In this document: positions 55,460-64,000 of the stretch, one piece after another
Numbering within the stretch: the first letter of the stretch is position 1
How the letters are laid out: each line of letters starts with the position of its first letter
NCBI GenBank assembly: GCA_053919585.1
Contig: CM132793.1
Direction: 5' to 3' (one strand)
Length of the DNA stretch: 64,000 bases
DNA from: Euprymna scolopes
Taxonomy: Eukaryota
Notes under the pieces: model-generated
What the model was told of the DNA's origin: nothing
Database searches by the model: none
Seen by the model: the letters and a program-made list of their open reading frames with translations, nothing else
Translations under genes and position numbers: made by a program

Positions 55460-57076
55460 TGTCGCCAAAAAGGAAGTCTTAACTTGTCAATTTTTGAAAA
55501 AGGCAAATTGAAGTTAATTGAACGTAACTGTTTTAACTACTTGTACCTCATTTGATCCGACTTCTATTCCTCTATAATTTTAATTATTCATAGTAGGCTT
55601 TTAATTGAAGTACCCTAGTGTTCAAGTACATTTTATAAAAAAAAAATAGCTTCAAATCAAGAAGGCAAACAGAAAACTTCGCAGCAAAAAATGAGCTTAA
55701 AACCAACTTTAAATATTCATTTCTCGGCATCTCTTATCGTAAAATATCTCCTTTAAGCATCTCTAATCGTAATTTTTGTTTTACTATGTTATACAAGCTA
55801 ACATTTAATCCATATACAGCAAGAGGAACTCATGAATCTAGACCTCTGTGGTTTATCCAATCGGTAAATTGGTCGTATATTGAAATGTGATAAGAAAACA
55901 GTTCGAATGACTGTGACACACATCAAAACACTGGAAGTAATCGTGATGTCCTTTAATCTAGCTGTCTTTGAGTTACTTCTTAAAAGAAAACAATGCTATT
56001 AAGTTCCACAACGTTAAAAACAGATTCGAAACGAGTCCCCAAATCCAACAACAGGGTAATCTCGTAAAAATCGCTTTCTTTCTACAGTTAAGAACAGATT
56101 AAGGGAATTTAATTTGCGAGGCCTTTCCAAGACGCAAGCCAATGATTTCTTTTAGGAACAGAAAGCTCTGCCAGGAATTCTCAGGTGCAATAAATATCAT
56201 GACTCCTCATATTAGTCAAAGGTGATTTTAGCCACGAAAGCTAGTTCATTAAGCTAGGAACTGATGGTAGGCTGCCCATCCTTCAAAAGAAAGACGAACA
56301 ATTTTATCCTAGATGCTCAGTTTCAACGCTGCAAGGTGGGACAGTTTCAGTGTTCGTGGGTGGGCGTTATTAGTGCTAATAATTTAGGGTCAATAGGTCG
56401 CTTTCAAGGCGGATCAACTTGACCAAAGACATTGATATGTTCCCTGAGTATTTTTTAGCATACTTTGGCCGCAATTTTATAATAATCCCATCTTCATGCA
56501 GAATAATGCTCTCATTCACACAGCTGGCAATGTCAACAGGGTCCCTGAAGAGCATAATATTCCGTGTTGGAGTAGCCTCCATAATGTCTAGATCTCAGAA
56601 GTATGGCATTACATCAAGCAACAGCACCTGCTTGATAACATTTCAAATCTGGAAGAATTTTAATTAAAATTCAAGAAAAATGGGTTGACCTTTCACCAAA
56701 GGATTACCGTAGACTAATTCAAGAGGGTGTCCCCAAATTTGCAGGCTATACAATTGCAGAGGCGCTATGCTAATAAATAATGCCTAATTTATTGTGTTCC
56801 TGTTATATTTGTGCTTCATTAATGTGCTAAAGTTATATTTCAATAACAATTTCCATCGTGCGTAGATTCTGTTTGCCTTCCCGATTTTAAGTTAATTTGT
56901 AAAATTGATGTGAACACAAGGATTCCTCAATTAAGAGCAATTATGAACATGTAAATTTTCTGAGGTATTAAAGGTGGAACAAATCAGGTATAACTTGTTT
57001 TAAACAATTACATTCAATTTAGAATAAATTAGCGATTTTGAAGAGAATAACAATTGCGGACTTTCTTTTGATGGCA

Positions 57077-57078
<2 letters not shown>
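55457..57078 (+). mobile_element. Full-span degenerate Tc1-family transposon with ~230-bp TIRs
   Basis: Left cagtgtcgccaaaaaggaagtc vs right (rc) tcgtgccatcaaaagaaagtc. Inner TIR blocks also match (ttaattgaagtaccctagtgttca / ttaattgaggaatccttgtgttca; gaaggcaaacagaa). Transposase remnants IFMQNNALIHTA and VLE*PP*CLDL; flanked by (TA)n on both sides. Confidence 0.85.
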
Positions 57079-57135
<57 letters not shown>

Positions 57136-57253
57136 GGGGTACTAGCAGGGAAACCTGAGAACGCCCGCAATTGAATGATAATCAACACATGTTCTACACT
57201 CCTATATTTTTATAATCATCGAAATAGATGAAATCGTAAATTTTTCAAACAAA

Positions 57254-57396
57254 TCCAGTTATCGCCCGCTTTAGCTGGCGATCCATCGCGGTGCAGTAGG
57301 AGTATGCTCCACCTGCCTCCCGAGAGTCATTAGTTCACTATACATATGTAGTATAAATTCGACTGTAGAGAAGCTACAATTGAGTTTATAAAATTC

Positions 57397-57457
<61 letters not shown>

Positions 57458-57772
57458 GGCTTGAATTTAAGTTTAAAATGAAAAAGTAAAGTATCATGGT
57501 GAAATTACTCTTTAACAGAAACTTTCATTTAGAGCGCGTCACTGTCCTATAAAAGCAACTGTACTTTTATGCCTGGCTAGGTGTTCCTTCTTTCATAGGA
57601 TTATTATCGATTATTGATACTTATCGAAGGCATTTCGATACCAAATTTATTTACAGATAGGAACATAAAGTAACTTCGTGTGAAATTTCATAAACATTGG
57701 CCTAGCCGTTTTTGTGTTTTTTGGGAAGAACACACAGACACACAGACTAAGTTCATGTTATATAATAGTAGA
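57254..57772 (-). mobile_element. Non-autonomous Helitron-like element (minus strand)
   Basis: Minus start TCtactattatataacatgaac...gtctgtgtgtctgtgtg; 3' hairpin cgccagctaaagcgggcg followed by CTGG (degenerate CTRR). Confidence 0.6.
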
Positions 57773-57779
57773 AATATAT

Positions 57780-58427
57780 ACTATCATATAAAAGGAACGT
57801 ACCCTGTGTCTGTGAGTTGGTTCCCTTAAGATTCCAGAATGTTTTAGCTGATTTTTATGAATTTTTACACAAATGTAGTGAATGTACTATTTTAGGCTTA
57901 CTATCGGAATGAAAGGTATCAATAATCTATAATCGAAGCTACCACATGAAATATAAAACAGGCTAGTTTGATACATGTTAGCACCTTATACCACCTAACA
58001 TGAGAAGTGCATGTTAAAAGTATTGTTACAAAACAGGAAGTTATGTCCGGCATATAATACAAACATTAAGTTCTTTAACATGACTGCGGCACGTTCTAAA
58101 TAAATGTTTCTGTAAAGAGCACGATTGTTCCGGGATACTACACCATTGCATTGTTAACGCAAATTTAGACCATTGTATATAAAATTATTTTATAAAATCA
58201 ACAGTAAGTTCTCTACAGTTTAATGTGCACGACAATGCATTGTGGACTACTTCACTGGGAAGTGGCATGAAAATCTTTTTTCCAGTGTACCGCGATGAGT
58301 TCCTAACTATAGAAGGCAATAATGTGATTTGCTTGAAATATGGGCGCTTTAACCGATTAAAAACACCGGATAGTGAAGCATTCCTTGATCATCATTCAGT
58401 CCTGGGCAACGTCAAGTCTCTCCGCTA

Positions 58428-58428
<1 letters not shown>
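57780..58428 (+). mobile_element. Non-autonomous Helitron-like element
   Basis: Start ctatcatataaaaggaacgt...tgtgtctgtg; end cctgggcaacgtcaag...CTAG|T, a degenerate version of the 29034 hairpin. Confidence 0.6.
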
Positions 58429-58463
<35 letters not shown>

Positions 58464-58764
58464 GAATACATATATATATATATATATTTGTATATACTAA
58501 TAAAGCTTTGATGACAACAGGTAAATGATGAAAATATGTTTACCTAATCTGTCGTAAAGTGTGAATTAGTTAAATCGTCTCAGTAGAAGCCCATTTTTTT
58601 GTAATTGCTGCTTTTTAAAATTGATATTCAAGTTATACGCATGAGGATATATTAAAACAATATATTACACTTTGTGAAAATAACGGTCATTAATGTCCAC
58701 ACGCACTACAATTATATACAATGAGTAAACACATATCAAGTGTGTGTTCGTTCTGATCTTCTCT

Positions 58765-59416
58765 TCTATATAAATAAAATGAACTCATTTTTTCCCGTGG
58801 GATTTTGACCTTAATAGGATTAAACATCAAGATATTTCATGCAAATACATTATGCGCAAACGGCAGAACAATATCTGAGGTTTGTTATAGGCTTATTAGT
58901 TGTCAAATTCCTTGATAATCTTAGATTTCTATACTTTTTCTGCTGAGAAGTCACGGCCAAAATCGGTTAAGATCAATGGAAGTGGTAAATTATTTTCTCT
59001 CTTAAAATTCCTCCTCCCCCTTCCACCACTTAACACCGTTTGGAGATCGTTCACAAGGAACAGTTGAGAAGAGAACACCGGTTTGGCTTCGTAGTCCTAT
59101 CATGTGAAGTTATTTAAAATCACTAAACTAAGCTGCAGTGCTCTGTGGCGTAGTGGTTAGCTTGCTGGACAATTCACATTATATTTTCACGTTCGCGCCG
59201 ACCTACCATAGTGTTTTTTTTTTCCTAAACAACTGGAATGGACTTTTCTTGGTGGCCGAACTGTTAACGTTGCAGATTTTTTTTTCACACTTTATTTTCC
59301 TACTTTTACTCATGACTCCGGGTTTGATCCTTCCTACTTACCTACCATAACATTTTTTAAAACTCCACCCCCGTCCCGGAAACAAACACTCGGGCAACGC
59401 CGGGTACCCCCGCTAG
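58765..59416 (+). mobile_element. Non-autonomous Helitron
   Basis: Start TCtatataaataaaatgaac; end aaacactcgggcaacgccgggtacccccgCTAG|T, nearly identical to the 29028-29061 terminus. Confidence 0.72.
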
Positions 59417-59979
59417 TTATAAATAATTTAAACGTAAGTCAACAGCGAATAGATGGTAACTACACTGACAAGAATCGTTCATACAAACTTGATACACGCT
59501 TATTGATCTATACGCACGACATTTATTGTTTTGTAAAGTAAACATGATTAATATTTCATAGCGGACAATAGAAAATGTAATTAATTTTAAAAGGCAAACG
59601 GCTTTTGTCACAAAGCCTTCCGCAGTTTCTTATTACGAATGCCTTATTAAATCTCCGATGATTATTCATGAAACTCGTGTTCGGAAAACGTTTGTCGTTG
59701 GAATTTCTTAGAATCTTGTAATTGCTTTGATAACACGATAATGCAGAATAAGTTTCGAAAATGACAAAGTGACAAATTGAATCAATCATATTTCCGTGCT
59801 ACAGTTGTTTATGCGAAAGGTAAACGGGATCTAAAGGTTGCCGATAATGATTTTATAGCAACATAATTTACAAGCTAAGCTGTATTCATACTCGACTTAA
59901 ATAATTCTGACCTATAAATCCTTAGCTGAATTATTTTTAGTCGCTTCCCAAATGGAGTAGTAATAATTATTACACAGGA

Positions 59980-61570
59980 GACTGCATATATAAAGTAAGT
60001 AATTTAACTGCATGTATAAAATAACACATTTAATTGAATGTATAAAATAAATAATTTGATTGCATATATAAAATAAGTAATTTAACTACATATATAAAAT
60101 AAGTAATTTAACTGCATATATAAATTAAGTAATTTAACTGCATATATAAATTAAGTAATTTATCCGCATATATAAAATATATACATTAACTTCATATATA
60201 AAATAAGTAATTAAACCCCATATATAAAATTAGAAATTTAACTTCATATATAAAATAACTAATTTAATCGGATATATAAAATAACTAATTTAATTGAATA
60301 TATGAAATAAGTAATTTTACTGCATATATAAAATAGATAATTTTACTGCATCTATAAAATAAATAATATAACTCCATGTATAAAATACGTAATTTAACTG
60401 CATATATAAAATAACACATTTAATTGAATATATAAAATAAGTAAGTTTACTTCATATATAAAATAAATAATTTTACTGTATATATAAAATAAATAATTTA
60501 ACTGCATATAGAAAATAAGTAATTTAACTCCATATATCAAATAAGTAATTTAACTTCATATATAAAATAAGTATTTTAACTGCATATATAAAATAAGTAA
60601 TTTAATTGCATGTATAAAATAAGTAATTTAACTGCATATATAAAATAAGTAATTTAATTGAGTGTATAAAATAAGTAATTTAACTGCATATATAAATAAG
60701 GTAATTTAATTGAATGTATAAAATAATTACTTTAATTGAATATATAAAACAAGTAATTTAACTGTACATATAAAAGTAATTTAACTGCATATATAAAATA
60801 AGTAATGTAACCCCATATATAAAATGAGTAATTTAGCTACATATATAAAATAAATGATTTAACTGGATATATAAAATAAGTAATTTAATTGAATGTATAA
60901 AATAAGTAATTTAATTGAATGTATAAAATAAGTAATTTAACTTCATATATAAAATAAGTAAGTTAACTGCATATATGAAATAAGTAATTTAATTGAATGT
61001 ATGAAATAAGTAATTTAATTGAATGTATAAAATAAGTAATTTAACCGCATATATAAAATACGTAATTTAACTTCATATATAAAACAATTAATGTAACCCC
61101 ATATATAAAATGAGTAATTTAGCTACATATATGAAATAAATGATTTAACTGGATATATAAAATAAGTAATTTAACTGCATGTATAAAATAAGTCATTTAA
61201 TCACATATATGATGCAAGTATTTTAATTGCATATATAAAATAAGTTATTTAATTGCATATATAAAATAAGTAATGTAACTGCATACATAAAATAAGTAAT
61301 TTAAATGCATATATAAAATAAATAATTTAACTGCATATATAAAATAAATAAAATCACTGCCTATACAAATAAGTCATTTAACTCCATATATAAAATAAGT
61401 AATTTAAGTTCATATGTAAAATAAGTAATTTAACTGCATTTATAAAAGAAATAATTTAACTGCATATATAAAAGAACTAATTTAATTTAATATATAAAAT
61501 AAGTATGTTAACTGCATATATAAACCAAGTAATTGAACTGCATATATAGAATAAGTAATTAAACTTCACG
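59980..61570. repeat. 26-bp AT-rich minisatellite, ~60 copies
   Basis: Consensus TAATTTAACTGCATATATAAAATAAG repeated head-to-tail. Confidence 0.97.
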
Positions 61571-63595
61571 TAAAGGAGAGATATCTACAAACTAAGCTAG
61601 TAAAAAACGTAATAATACTATTACAATTTACCTAATTTCGATATCGTTCTTAACATCAACTAATAACATGGACATTAGTACTAACTATCTTAAAGTCATT
61701 CTTTAGTTGCCTACATAATAACGTCTATATTACATGCCCTGATTGTTTTGGTAGGTGATTGTGTGCACTCACAGTTATACTATACACATGAGTGCCAAAG
61801 GTAGATTAGATCTTTTGAGTCAACATCACATCTAGGGATAAATAATAGCTTGGCCGAGTGTTTTATGAATAAAACAGCATCCCTTCAGGATTTAATCAAT
61901 AACATTTGAAACGACAGAGCTTCAGAAGTTTGGATCATGTATCGATCTACAATTTACGAGAATAAAACTCAAGTTAAGGGCAATAGTTAGAAAAATCCCA
62001 AACATTCCACTCATAAATCTTCATGTATTTATATTCAGGACATACTTAGTCATAACGCTATATAGTAGCACATCAGGGAAAAGCCAAATAATCCAGGCGT
62101 TTTTATGATTGTATTTGGCGCTTAGAAAGTATCGTGTTAGTCTAAGTATATTCCAACAATGTTAACTTGGTAAAATGGAATTTTAGAAACAAATTCACTT
62201 TTCTATGCTGATTGGTTTACTTTTCAGTACGATCATTCTTGATATATATGTTATTATTTCATGAGTTATATTGTGTATAGGTTTAAACCATTTCTTACAT
62301 GCATTTTTCTTCTTGTACTTTCCTTCTTCTTTCCTAACTTATCTTAGTGCTTATATTATCGTTGATATTGCCGTAATCCCTTTACCTGTATCGGTCTGCT
62401 TTATAAATTGACTTGTTTTTTCCACTTTCTTTATATTACGTACCTTAAATTCTGGGATGCAAATTTTATATTTGAAAGGTCTTTCGATTTTCTTTACTAT
62501 TATAATATTTCGTATATAAATAGGTACGTTATTTTTTTTTTCTGTTAGCATTTCTATCCTCGGCAGGATTTTGCATTTTGTTTCGGCAGTTTGCCGATAT
62601 TCTAACATATTTCTACTTCCATAATTCGTTTGTGTTGTTCAAATAAAAATGTCGGGACAAATTTGAGTGAACACCGTCTGATGAAGTCATGTCTATATTG
62701 TATATTAAATTTGAATCTTTGACATTCACATATGATGTAATGCATTATTGCACAGCTTTTCTCGCGCTGTTTACATTACAGTTTTTCTCGCATCGTGTCT
62801 ACTTTTGCTGTGTCATACTTCGATCCAAGTGCGCCGCTTTAAGCGATTATCAATATCAATTCCATTTCTGTTATACTTTAACATTGCCATATTCATATTT
62901 GCGTGTACTACAACGATTGCGGATACCTCTGTTTCTAATTTTATGTTCGATTTGATTTTTTTTTCTCTGTATTATCCGTGGAATATGGAATTGTAATAAA
63001 ATGCATGGTGTTATATTTTTATATTGTAAATTTAATGTGTTGCACATATAATGCTTACGTGCCCTTTTCTTACTTCATTACTTTTCACATCTATTCGGCC
63101 AATTGCTACCTAGGGTGCAGTCATCCATTGTTCCAATTTATTGAATGTTCTAAACTCTTGTTGACGTTAATTCTCATGCATGCATATTTTTTCTGCTATA
63201 TAAATTATGTTCTAATAACATGTCTCTTTCACACTTTCGTACATGGTATTTTTTAAAATCTGCTATCTTAAGAGTAGGTTTCCACTATTCTCGTGTATAT
63301 GTTATATCTTCTTTTCGCCAACTTGGTGGTCAGACATATCTTCTGTTTTGCGCTGTTGCTTTAATGATAACAAAAAGCACACGTTTTACTATCAAAAATA
63401 ACATCAACGTAACTTGACTACATATTCCAACTTTTGCTTCAGCTTTTATTTTTTTAATCTATTAATTAAAGATCATAACACATGCATAACGTATTTTTAT
63501 TTGTTTTGGGGAATAGAGCTACGGCTGTGCATTTTTTAAATTGTATTTCTACTATGACAAACATAAGTTGTGTTTACAGATATATAAATACACAC

Positions 63596-63636
<41 letters not shown>

Positions 63637-63941
63637 TTAATCACTAGGAGCTGTTGCACTTTTGAACGACGTTAACCTAAAATATGCATGGTGGATCGAT
63701 TGTGTCATCATCCTGCTGCTCTACTTGTTCTAATATTTAATTTTATTCACTTTCATTTCACATTATAATTGCTTTGAACTTTTTTTTTATTGTTATTAGC
63801 GATGTAATAGACAGCTCTCCAAGTAGTTGTAGACATTTTATAAGGTAATATGTTGTTGAAAAAAAGTTTTTGGTTTGTAGTTGTATCCATCGTTGAACTC
63901 TTAATCTTGAATTATCGTAGTTATACTTCTAATATAATTAA

Positions 63942-64000
<59 letters not shown>

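Noticed and set aside
56376-56582. Minus-strand ORF suggesting an inversion in the Tc1 element
   Set aside because: Tc1 motifs read correctly on the plus strand; the ORF is a shadow.

Overview
AT-rich eukaryotic (animal, probably invertebrate) non-coding DNA with five assembly gaps and many (AT)n, (AAT)n and (GT)n microsatellites. No intact host protein-coding gene could be supported; it looks like a large intron or intergenic region full of decayed transposons. Recognisable remnants: a Buster-type hAT, Tc1 and mariner elements, R4/Dong-like, RTE-like and CR1/Jockey-group LINEs, a Gypsy LTR element, non-autonomous Helitrons, tRNA-derived SINE heads, two Penelope-like elements (PLEs) and a 1.6-kb 26-bp minisatellite. 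The most notable structure is at 33.46-35.73 kb: a PLE (probably Naiad-like) with a minus-strand RT joined to an inverted GIY-YIG/3' copy, carrying CCAAT/TATA boxes and an apparently intact type I hammerhead ribozyme. Other highlights are a (TAACCC)n telomeric insertion inside a LINE RT, a structured 5' UTR on a single-ORF chimeric LINE, and a head-to-head Helitron pair. Family assignments come from recalled motifs only; no searches were run.
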